This document shows, piece by piece, positions 56,489-64,000 of a DNA stretch of 64,000 bases (the first letter of the stretch is position 1; every line of letters begins with the position of its first letter). This DNA comes from Actinomycetota bacterium. GTDB taxonomy: Bacteria > Actinomycetota > Actinomycetes > S36-B12. The stretch lies in NCBI GenBank assembly GCA_046091195.1, contig JBJTBD010000021.1, positions 3,545 through 67,544 of the forward strand, given 5' to 3'. The position numbers and the translations under genes are program-made. Below the pieces are notes generated by a model. That model saw nothing but the letters and a program-made list of their open reading frames with translations. It was not told the origin of the DNA and made no database searches.

Positions 56489-57160
56489 TCACTCTGCGGC
56501 GCGGTTGACCCCGTCCACGAGGGCCCGAGCGAAAGCCCGCTCGCCCTTCCGGTCGTAGTGGAGCGCCGAGCCGAATCGGACACCCAGGTCCTCGGCCATG
56601 GCACCCCAGGGCACGCGCTGCACGTGGGGGTGCGCCTGAACCAGGCGTCGAATCTGCCGGTTGATCCAGCGCTCCATCGATTTGGTGAACCTGTCCCCGC
56701 CGCTGCCGTAGGTATCCATCCAGACCACGGTCCGCCCGCGCAGTTCCCGGGCGACACGTTCCATCCGCGCCCGCGTGGTGGAGCGGTCGATCCACCGCAT
56801 GTCATTGGTTCCCATCACAAGGACTACGACGTCCGGCAACTGGCCCAGGGCACGGGCACGGTCGATTTGGGCAAGCGCCCAGTCCAGGCGCTTCCCTCCG
56901 AAGCACCGGATGGTCGGTGTCCAGCCGGATCTGCGCAGGCCACGGACTATGTCGTCCTTGGATTCCCGCGCCAGGGAGTCGCCGATCACGAGCACCCGGC
57001 GCCCCTGACCGGGCTCGCCCTCTGCGATCCGCGAGGGCCAGACGGGTGCGCTGCATGCGCGCGGATCTCCCCCGGTGGTCCAGCCAGGGTCCCGCTCTGC
57101 CGCGGTCGCCGCCGGGGCCAGCAGGAGAAGCACCAGGCTCAGGCACAGGACGCGCAGCAT
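56489..57160 (-). CDS. secreted SGNH/GDSL hydrolase family protein
   Basis: Signal peptide MLRVLCLSLVLLLLAPAATAA, block I VLVIGDSLA, then MGTNDM. Confidence 0.8.
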   Translation of the reverse strand: MLRVLCLSLVLLLLAPAATAAERDPGWTTGGDPRACSAPVWPSRIAEGEPGQGRRVLVIGDSLARESKDDIVRGLRRSGWTPTIRCFGGKRLDWALAQIDRARALGQLPDVVVLVMGTNDMRWIDRSTTRARMERVARELRGRTVVWMDTYGSGGDRFTKSMERWINRQIRRLVQAHPHVQRVPWGAMAEDLGVRFGSALHYDRKGERAFARALVDGVNRAAE

Positions 57161-57220
57161 GGACCGAGTATCACCCGCGCCCGACTGCTCGGCGTCGCTG
57201 CGTGCGGTATTCCCCCATAC

Positions 57221-57535
57221 CTATCCGGGCACCACCAGGGCGCGGCCCGCGGTGACCGAGGCGCTCCCCATCCCATTGAGGTCCATGATCCGGGCGATGG
57301 TTTCCCGGGGATCCGCGCCCGGGGACACATCATGGGCGATGCCCCAGAGGTTCTGCCCGGGCTTGACCACATAGACCGCGGTCGCTGCGCCTAAGGGGTC
57401 GTTGCTTGCACCAGCGGACTGGCCCGCGGCCGTGGCCACCCCCGCCACCAGCCCGACACACCCGAGGGTGACGGCGAGCCGGCCGCGGCGGGTGAGCCGA
57501 AGACGAACGGGGGGCGTGATGGGTGTGCTCTTCAT
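57221..57535 (-). CDS. LysM domain protein divergent from lexA (ChiZ/Rv2719c-like position)
   Basis: 104 aa with an N-terminal TM/anchor, followed by a LysM motif (YVVKPGQNLWGIAHDV...TIARIMDLNGM....TAGRALVVP). Confidence 0.8.
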   Translation of the reverse strand: MKSTPITPPVRLRLTRRGRLAVTLGCVGLVAGVATAAGQSAGASNDPLGAATAVYVVKPGQNLWGIAHDVSPGADPRETIARIMDLNGMGSASVTAGRALVVPG

Positions 57536-57547
57536 GGGGAAGATCCT

Positions 57548-57563
57548 TTCGAACGTGTGTTCG
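57548..57563. promoter_or_regulatory. LexA (SOS) box
   Basis: TCGAACGTGTGTTCGA is a perfect match to the actinobacterial/mycobacterial consensus TCGAAC-N4-GTTCGA. It lies 13 nt from the LysM gene ATG. Confidence 0.85.
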
Positions 57564-57616
57564 ATCGAACGTATGGACGATTTATAGCATGCCTGGACCC
57601 TCCGACACGCCGTTGA

Positions 57617-57632
57617 TCGAACATGTGTTTGA
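57617..57632. promoter_or_regulatory. LexA (SOS) box
   Basis: TCGAACATGTGTTTGA has one mismatch to TCGAAC-N4-GTTCGA. It lies 48 nt upstream of the lexA ATG and is centred inside an 11-bp inverted repeat. Confidence 0.8.
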
Positions 57633-57679
57633 TTTCGGCGTGTCGGGCCCCTAACCTGAGCCCATCACAAGGAGGAGCC

Positions 57680-58357
57680 ATGGCTCAGCGCGTCGTTCGA
57701 CCGGAATCCAACGTCCGGGAGCTCCCCGATGGTCCCCCCGACTCCGCAGGCCTCACCCGGCGCCAGCGAGCGATCCTCGACGCGATCCGCGCCAGCATCG
57801 AGGAGCGCGGGTACCCACCGAGCGTGCGCGAGATCGCTGACGGTGTCGGTCTCACCTCCTCATCGTCCGTCGCCTACCAGCTCACCACCTTGGAAAAGAT
57901 GGGTTATCTGCGCCGGGACCCGAATCGGCCCCGAGCCCTCGTCGTGAGCGACGCCCCCGCCGTTGCCATTGCTGCCAGCGATGATGTCGTCGACATTCCA
58001 CTCCTCGGCCGCATCGCGGCAGGTGGACCTCTCCTTGCGGAGCAATCCATCGAGTTGACCATGCCGCTTCCTCGCGAACTCGTCGGCCACGGAGAACTCT
58101 TCATGTTGCGGGTCGTCGGAGACTCGATGGTCGACGCCGCGATCTGCGATGGCGACTGGGTGGTCGTGCGGCAGCAACCCACGGCACTCAACGGCGACAT
58201 TGTCGCCGCGCTTCTGGGCGATGAAGCCACGGTCAAGACGTACAAGGAACGCGACGGGCACGTGTGGTTGATGCCGCACAACCCGGCCTATGCGCCGATC
58301 CTCGGCGACGAGGCGCGGATCCTGGGCAAGGTCGTTTCGGTCCTACGCTCCCTCTAG
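57680..58357 (+). CDS. lexA: LexA repressor
   Basis: The N-terminal wHTH is [53 protein letters not shown]. The cleavage and peptidase part (VVGDSM, GDIVAA) follows. ATG 57680 lies behind AGGAGGAGCC. Confidence 0.95.
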   Translation: MAQRVVRPESNVRELPDGPPDSAGLTRRQRAILDAIRASIEERGYPPSVREIADGVGLTSSSSVAYQLTTLEKMGYLRRDPNRPRALVVSDAPAVAIAASDDVVDIPLLGRIAAGGPLLAEQSIELTMPLPRELVGHGELFMLRVVGDSMVDAAICDGDWVVVRQQPTALNGDIVAALLGDEATVKTYKERDGHVWLMPHNPAYAPILGDEARILGKVVSVLRSL

Positions 58358-60247
58358 ACCGGCAAGCCGCTCGAGGGCGCCCACGACGACGGAACGATCG
58401 GTCGTAGTCCACAGCGGGGGCATGGTCCGCCGAATTGCCATCCCGTACCCCGCGGTGGCAAGTCGGGAATCCAGCACCGCCACCACCCCGCGGTCGTCGT
58501 GCCCGCGAATCAGTCGCCCTGCTCCTTGAGCGAGAAGCAGCGCTGCACGCGGAACGCTCACCTCGATGAATCCGGATTTCCCACGTTCCTCCGCTCGCTC
58601 CGCACGGGCAGATACCAAGGGATCGTCGGGTCGCGGGAAGGGCAATCGATCAATGGTCACCAGGATGCACGAGCGCCCCGGCACATCGATGCCCTGCCAC
58701 AAGGCGACGGTGCCCAGGAGCACGCTGGTCTCGTCTCGCATGAACTCGTGAATGAGCCGGGACGGGGACTCTCCACGCTGCTGCACCAAGAGACGCATGT
58801 CGGGGAGTCGCACTCGGAGGTAGTCGCTCGCTCGATCCACCCCTCGCCACGACGAGAACAGCCCTAAGGAACGACCACCGGCTGCAGTGATGAGGTCGGC
58901 CAACTCGTCGAGGGACTCCATCGCAATGCCGTCACGGTCGGGCGGAGGCAGGTGACGCGCGATGTAGAGCATGCCCTGCTGCGCGAAGTCGAACGGACTT
59001 CCCACGTCGAGCACGCGGGTACCGTGCGGCAGTCCGAGGCTCGCAACCGTGCGATCGTCATCGTCGCCTACAACCAGGGTGGCGCTCGTCGCGATCGTTG
59101 CGCCGGGCAGGGCCTCACTCACGACGGTGCCGATCTCCAAGGGGGCGACGTGCAGGGAGTACTCGGCACCGGTGCTCTCGACCCACATCACCTCGTCGTT
59201 GCCGATGACAAGGGCGCGTGCGGCGGCATCGTGGAACTCCTCCACAGCAGCGCGGAGCCGTGAATCCGCCACGCTATCGCCGGGGTCAGCGGCGGTGAGA
59301 AACCCTGTGATCGAATGCCCCACGTCACGCATCACGGTGAGTGCGAGAAGGAGGTCCGCTGGGAGTTCGCGGAGACGCCCTGTCGGCTGGTCCGCGAGCA
59401 CCCGGGTCAACACTGCCAGGGCCTCATCAGCCCGCACGCGCAATCCATCGTCGATACGGCGTCCGAGTCGACCAAGAACGCGTCGAACGGCCCCCGTGTC
59501 CAGCTCGATCGCGATTGCGGACGTCACTCGATCAACAAAGTCATGGGCCTCGTCGAGGATGAGCACATCGTGTGGTGGCAATACCTGGGATTCACCCGTC
59601 GTGTTGATGGCGACGAGGGCGTGATTCGTGATGACAATATCCGCTCCCATCGCATCCGCGCGTCTTCGTGCTGAAAAGCAATCCGCCGCAAAAGCGCACG
59701 TGCTCTCCCCAACACACTCCCGCGACGTGACCGACAGGGATCGCCACACTCGTGAGTCGATGTCATCGGGGAAGTCGTCGCGGTCCCCGGTGGCGGTCTC
59801 CTCGGCCCATGCGCGAAGGTCACGAACCTGCTGCGCCAAACGCCCGGTCTCCATCTCGAACAATCCGTCTTCGTCTTCCGGGACGTCGGCACGTAATCGG
59901 TTGAGGCAGATGTAGTTCTGTCTCCCCTTCAGTACAGCGGCTTCAATGTCATCCGTGACCTTCAGACTCTCCAAGACGCGCGGGAGATCCCTTTCGGACA
60001 ACTGCCTTTGCAGGCCGAGTGTGGACGTCGCGATCACAACCCGGACACCGGCATCGCGGGCAGCCAACACCGCGGGCACCAGATAACCGAGGGACTTACC
60101 GGTCCCCGTTCCCGCTTGGACGGCGAGTGGTGTATCGCCCCGAATGGCCTCGTCGATCGCCGTTGCCATGGCCTCCTGGCCAGGCCGGATGTCGCCACCG
60201 AGATCGCCCACGACCACGCGAAGCGCCTCGATTGTCGCGTCAGCCAC
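58343..60247 (-). CDS. dinG: ATP-dependent DNA helicase, DinG family
   Basis: Walker [19 protein letters not shown] box (ILDEAHDF) and a C-terminal helicase motif (QGAGRLIR). The start was trimmed to GTG 60247, overlapping the hflX stop by 8 nt. The 3' end overlaps lexA by 15 nt in convergent orientation. Confidence 0.85.
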   Translation of the reverse strand: MADATIEALRVVVGDLGGDIRPGQEAMATAIDEAIRGDTPLAVQAGTGTGKSLGYLVPAVLAARDAGVRVVIATSTLGLQRQLSERDLPRVLESLKVTDDIEAAVLKGRQNYICLNRLRADVPEDEDGLFEMETGRLAQQVRDLRAWAEETATGDRDDFPDDIDSRVWRSLSVTSRECVGESTCAFAADCFSARRRADAMGADIVITNHALVAINTTGESQVLPPHDVLILDEAHDFVDRVTSAIAIELDTGAVRRVLGRLGRRIDDGLRVRADEALAVLTRVLADQPTGRLRELPADLLLALTVMRDVGHSITGFLTAADPGDSVADSRLRAAVEEFHDAAARALVIGNDEVMWVESTGAEYSLHVAPLEIGTVVSEALPGATIATSATLVVGDDDDRTVASLGLPHGTRVLDVGSPFDFAQQGMLYIARHLPPPDRDGIAMESLDELADLITAAGGRSLGLFSSWRGVDRASDYLRVRLPDMRLLVQQRGESPSRLIHEFMRDETSVLLGTVALWQGIDVPGRSCILVTIDRLPFPRPDDPLVSARAERAEERGKSGFIEVSVPRAALLLAQGAGRLIRGHDDRGVVAVLDSRLATAGYGMAIRRTMPPLWTTTDRSVVVGALERLAGLEGA

Positions 60248-61610
60248 GACTCGCGTCCCGCAGGTCGGAGGCGAGATCCTCGGGAGCCTGCCCAATGACA
60301 TGAGTTCCATCGCCACGGTAGTCGACCGAGTCCACGCGCCCCGATGTGTGTAACCGCGAGATGAGTTCGCCTCGATCGAAAGGAATCACCAGGTCTATGG
60401 GAGTCCACCCGCGCGGCAGCAACTCCTCGACACGGGACTCGAGCTCCGGGATCCCCTCGCCCGTCCTCGCCGACACGATCACGGCGCCAGGTTCGCGACG
60501 CGCCAGTTCCGCACACGTGTCAGGATCTGCGACGTCGGCCTTGTTAATCACGACAAGCTCGGGAACCTCCCCCGCGCCCAGGTCACCCAGCACAGCCCGG
60601 ACAGCCGCGATCTGCTCCCAGGGCGCCTCGTCCGAGCCGTCCACCACGTGCAGGATGAGGTCGGCCTCCCGAACCTCGTCAAGGGTCGACCGGAACGCCT
60701 CCACCAGATCGTGGGGCAGGTGGCGAATGAACCCAACCGTGTCGGTGAGCGTGAACTCCCGATCACCGGGGGTACGCGCCTTGCGCACCGTGGGCTCCAG
60801 GGTCGCGAAGAGGGCGTCCTGGACCAGCACACCTGCACCAGTCATCCGATTCACCAAGCTCGATTTCCCGGCGTTCGTGTAGCCGGCAACCGCGACGGAG
60901 GCAACACCCGACCGCGTGCGCGCGGACCGCTGCGTATGTCGAGCAGTATCCATGTCCCTCAGACTGGCGCGGAGCTTGGCCATGCGAGACCGGATCCGTC
61001 GGCGATCCGTTTCGATCTTGGTCTCACCAGGTCCTCGTGTTCCCACACCCCCAGAAGCACCGCCGACACGGCCGCCCGCCTGTCGAGACAGAGACTCGCC
61101 CCAACCTCGCAGCCTTGGGAGTAGGTACTGCATCTGCGCAAGGGACACCTGCGCCTTGCCTTCACGACTCTTCGCATGCTGCGCAAATATGTCCAGGATC
61201 AACCAGGTGCGGTCGACAACTTTGACTTTGACAATGTCTTCCAATTGACGGAGTTGACCGGGACTCAGTTCACCGTCACAGATCACTGTGTCCGCAGCAC
61301 ATGCGCGAACCAGATCTCGGAGTTCACTCGCCTTACCCGATCCCAGATACGTGGCCGGATCTGGAGAGTCCCGGCGTTGGATCACCCCATCGACGACAAC
61401 GGAACCCGCAGTCTCTGCGAGGGCTGCCAGCTCACGCATCGCCCGTTCGGCCCGGGCAAGAGTTCCCGAAGTCCAGACACCCGCCAACACCACTCGCTCG
61501 AGGCGGACCTGCCGGTACTCAACCTCCCGAACGTCCTCAATCTCCGTGGAAAGCCCGGACACTCGGCGCAGCGCGCTGCGATCCTCGAGATCGAAATCAC
61601 CCGTTGTCAC
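60240..61610 (-). CDS. hflX: GTPase HflX
   Basis: HflX N-terminal domain plus G-domain motifs (AGYTNAGKSSL, DTVGFI, NKAD). The start was trimmed to GTG 61610, overlapping the dapF stop (GTGA). Confidence 0.9.
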   Translation of the reverse strand: MTTGDFDLEDRSALRRVSGLSTEIEDVREVEYRQVRLERVVLAGVWTSGTLARAERAMRELAALAETAGSVVVDGVIQRRDSPDPATYLGSGKASELRDLVRACAADTVICDGELSPGQLRQLEDIVKVKVVDRTWLILDIFAQHAKSREGKAQVSLAQMQYLLPRLRGWGESLSRQAGGRVGGASGGVGTRGPGETKIETDRRRIRSRMAKLRASLRDMDTARHTQRSARTRSGVASVAVAGYTNAGKSSLVNRMTGAGVLVQDALFATLEPTVRKARTPGDREFTLTDTVGFIRHLPHDLVEAFRSTLDEVREADLILHVVDGSDEAPWEQIAAVRAVLGDLGAGEVPELVVINKADVADPDTCAELARREPGAVIVSARTGEGIPELESRVEELLPRGWTPIDLVIPFDRGELISRLHTSGRVDSVDYRGDGTHVIGQAPEDLASDLRDASRG

Positions 61611-62431
61611 GGAATCGTCACGACCCCCTCCGCGACGATCTCGGCTGGTCCGACGAGCGTGAAGGAGTTGTCCCCGTGGATCGTCACCTGGAGCGTCCCA
61701 CCGGGGAGTTCGACCATCCAGTCGCTCTGCGCGGGTTCCTGCAGGTGGGCAACCCACGCCGCCGCACACGCACCCGTACCGCAGGACTGAGTCTCGCCCA
61801 CGCCCCGCTCGTGCACTCGGAGCGCGAGTCGTCCCGGCGCACGCATCTCCACAAACTCCACGTTCGCGCCCTCGGTGAGTCTCGGGGTCACCTGGGGGAC
61901 ATCATGCAGCGGTCCGAGGTTCCCCAGATCCACACCAAGTGCCACGACGTGGGGATTGGGGACCCGAACTCCGACACCCGGCCATGTTGAGTCCCCGACC
62001 GCGACACGGAAGTCGGCGCCGAGGAACTCTGCTGGATAAGGCAGGTGCACGGCATAGGTACCGGCACCCGTCAACGTGACCTCCATGCACCCTCCACGTG
62101 TTCCGATGACGAATGCCGTGCCGTCCTCCCACCCGCGACTCATAAGAACGTGAGCGAAGACTCGGATGCCATTACCGCACATCTCGGCCGTGGAACCATC
62201 TGCGTTGCGATAGTCCATGAAGTAGCGAGTGTCCGAGCATGCGGCGCGCGCTTCAGGGAGCGCGCGAGTCTCGACAACCCGCAGCACCCCATCCGCACCC
62301 AATCCCGAGCGCCTATCGCACAACCATCGCACCTGGGCCGCGGTGAGGTCCACCACATTGCCGGGATCGAGTAGGACGATGAAGTCGTTGTGTGTGCCGT
62401 GACCCTTGACGAAAGGGAGGTTCACGCTCAC
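61607..62431 (-). CDS. dapF: diaminopimelate epimerase
   Basis: FVKGHGTHNDFIVL, with catalytic Cys contexts (EMCGNGIRV and SCGTGACA). The start overlaps the upstream glycosyltransferase stop (GTGA). Confidence 0.9.
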   Translation of the reverse strand: MSVNLPFVKGHGTHNDFIVLLDPGNVVDLTAAQVRWLCDRRSGLGADGVLRVVETRALPEARAACSDTRYFMDYRNADGSTAEMCGNGIRVFAHVLMSRGWEDGTAFVIGTRGGCMEVTLTGAGTYAVHLPYPAEFLGADFRVAVGDSTWPGVGVRVPNPHVVALGVDLGNLGPLHDVPQVTPRLTEGANVEFVEMRAPGRLALRVHERGVGETQSCGTGACAAAWVAHLQEPAQSDWMVELPGGTLQVTIHGDNSFTLVGPAEIVAEGVVTIP

Positions 62432-63546
62432 CCGGGAAGCCTAATTGCGGTGACGGCCCTCTCGTAGAGCTCGTCCACAGCGGGGATGACCTTGTCCCAC
62501 GCGTGCTCGACTGATGTTCCCCGGGCGTGCGAGGTCAGACGGGACCTGAGCACGGAGTCCCGTCCCATGTCGCCTATCGCCCGTGACAGCCCCGCGTCAT
62601 CGTCCACCAGTAAGCCATCGACCCCATGGCTGATGAAATCCGCGGTCCCCGATTCGCGGTACGCGATCACCGGAAGTCCCGAGGTACGAGCCTCGAGAGC
62701 GGCGATCCCAAACGACTCACGTCGGCTCGCCTGTACGAATGCGTCACTCGAGCGGAAGGTCTCCCGGACCGACTCGGGTGTGACCCGCCCGAGAAAGGTA
62801 ATCGCGTCGGCGCGACCCCAGGACGCGACCCGGCGCTCCAACGATCTGCGTGCCGGTCCGTCACCAATGATGACCAGATGCATATCCGGATATCCGGTGG
62901 ATGCCGCAGCGAACGCGCGCACGAGCGCCCCTGTCCGCTTCCTCGGCGCCAGACGCTGAACTGCAACAAAGCGAACTCCGGTATGGGCTAACGGCGGCTC
63001 GGGACCCCACACCGAGGCGTCGATCCCATTGGGCAGTACATGGACGTTCACCGCGAGCGCGGACCCGACACGGTCAGCGGCCATGACGCTGACCGCAGAC
63101 ACCACCGTGGGAGGCCGGGCCCACCTCCGTGCCATGGGGGCAACCAACCTACGCATGACCGGGCTCCACACGCTGTGCACGGTGATGACGAGCGGGAGTC
63201 CCAGTCCGCGAACGGCTCTGATGCCCCCCCAGGCGAAGGGTGAAACCTCGCCCACATGCACATGGACCACATCGGGCCTTATCTCCGCCAGCGACGCCGT
63301 GACCACCATGCGCGTCCTCGGATGAATGGGGAGGTCTCCCGGGGTCCGCACCGTGAGTCGGACAACCCCGACGCCGTCGTCGACGTGGCTCGTCGATGAA
63401 CCCGGGGTCGCCGTGAGGACGGTGACCTGGTGGCCGGCCTTCACCTGTTCGGTCGCCAAGGCGCGCACCTGCGTCTCCATGCCACCGGTGCGGGGTGCGA
63501 AACAGTCGCTGATGTGGACGATCCGCACGGGATGACCGTACGGCAC
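62428..63546 (-). CDS. glycosyltransferase family 4 (GT-B, GT1-type C-terminal domain)
   Basis: N-terminus RIVHISDCFAPRTGGMETQV and the C-terminal E-x7-E-like region (ESFGIAALEARTSGLPVIA). Confidence 0.8.
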   Translation of the reverse strand: MPYGHPVRIVHISDCFAPRTGGMETQVRALATEQVKAGHQVTVLTATPGSSTSHVDDGVGVVRLTVRTPGDLPIHPRTRMVVTASLAEIRPDVVHVHVGEVSPFAWGGIRAVRGLGLPLVITVHSVWSPVMRRLVAPMARRWARPPTVVSAVSVMAADRVGSALAVNVHVLPNGIDASVWGPEPPLAHTGVRFVAVQRLAPRKRTGALVRAFAAASTGYPDMHLVIIGDGPARRSLERRVASWGRADAITFLGRVTPESVRETFRSSDAFVQASRRESFGIAALEARTSGLPVIAYRESGTADFISHGVDGLLVDDDAGLSRAIGDMGRDSVLRSRLTSHARGTSVEHAWDKVIPAVDELYERAVTAIRLPG

Positions 63547-63573
63547 TCCCGCACACTGCTACAGAATGTGGCA

Positions 63574-64000
63574 GTGCCCCAGCGGACCCTGATCTTCGTC
63601 CACGCCCATCCCGACGACGAGGCGCTCCTCACCGCGGGGACGATGGCCCGAGCGGTGTCCGAGGGTCACCGGGTCGTCCTCGTCATGGCCACCGATGGCG
63701 CCGCGGGACTCACCGCATCGGACATGACTCGGGACCTGGTCACGCATCGGGCTCGGGAGTTGCAGGCGTCGGCGGATGTGCTGGGGGTGTCCCGCGTTGT
63801 TCACCTCGGTTACGCGGATTCCGGACTCTCCGGTGACGTCCCCGACGCCTTCGTTTCCACGGGATGCTTCACGATCGGGCGATCCATTGCATCTATCATC
63901 GATGAGGAACGGGCGGACGTCATCGTCGGCTACGACCCGACGGGTGGCTACGGACACCCCGACCATGTGCATGTACACCGATCAGTGCGCACAGCGGTGC
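63574..64000 (+). CDS. PIG-L family deacetylase (3' end beyond window)
   Basis: Hand translation from GTG 63574: VPQRTLIFVHAHPDDEALLTAGTMARAVSEGHRVVLVMATDGAAG...LGYADSG...VVGYDPTGGYGHPDHVHVH. It contains the AHPDDE and HPDH zinc-ligand motifs. The track shows only the antisense ORF 63559..63978. Confidence 0.75.
   Translation, partial: MPQRTLIFVHAHPDDEALLTAGTMARAVSEGHRVVLVMATDGAAGLTASDMTRDLVTHRARELQASADVLGVSRVVHLGYADSGLSGDVPDAFVSTGCFTIGRSIASIIDEERADVIVGYDPTGGYGHPDHVHVHRSVRTAV

Noticed and set aside
57564-57579. A third SOS box, TCGAACGTATGGACGA, abutting the first box
   Set aside because: Only the left half-site matches TCGAAC-N4-GTTCGA. The right half (GGACGA) is degenerate. I mention it in the findings but do not call it a feature.

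Overview
This is a visibly high-GC actinobacterial core-chromosome window. It is almost fully coding: about 70 CDS, one tRNA-Leu(GAG), one riboswitch and a few operator sites. I found no rRNA, CRISPR array, transposase, integrase or phage genes.

From memory, the gene order matches two conserved blocks known from Mycobacterium tuberculosis.
- Left block (roughly Rv2133c-Rv2141c): DUF3090, phosphomutase, corA, uppP, LLM oxidoreductase, M20 peptidase.
- Right block (roughly Rv2689c-Rv2726c): RNA methyltransferase, APC permease, trkA x2, the dut neighbourhood of DUF genes, suhB, sigA, nrdR, the LysM gene divergent from lexA, hflX, dapF.
- Other genes lie between and around these blocks: fadA/fadB, dxs, acn, topoisomerase IV subunits, metY-metX behind a SAM-IV riboswitch, class II RNR nrdJ, psuG/psuK and tdk.

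Many long ORFs in the track are antisense shadow ORFs or over-extended N-termini. I trimmed starts by hand using start/stop overlaps and Shine-Dalgarno spacing, so start coordinates are less certain than ends.

I do not see a convincing novel multi-gene system. The observations most worth a second look are:
1. Two neighbouring genes (an acidic DUF5709-like ORF and an enoyl-CoA hydratase) are each interrupted by a single in-frame TAG. Both TAGs sit in the same CCTCTAGG context, 530 bp apart.
2. A LexA box is nested exactly inside an 11-bp perfect inverted repeat in front of lexA.
3. A SepH homologue lacks the usual N-terminal segment, and a strong SD is positioned for a CTG codon.
4. A two-Cys mini-uORF lies between the SAM-IV aptamer and metY.
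5. A DUF5998 / AlkP-family / tdk operon is divergent from psuG-psuK.

All family names are from motif recognition by eye and memory. None was checked against a database.
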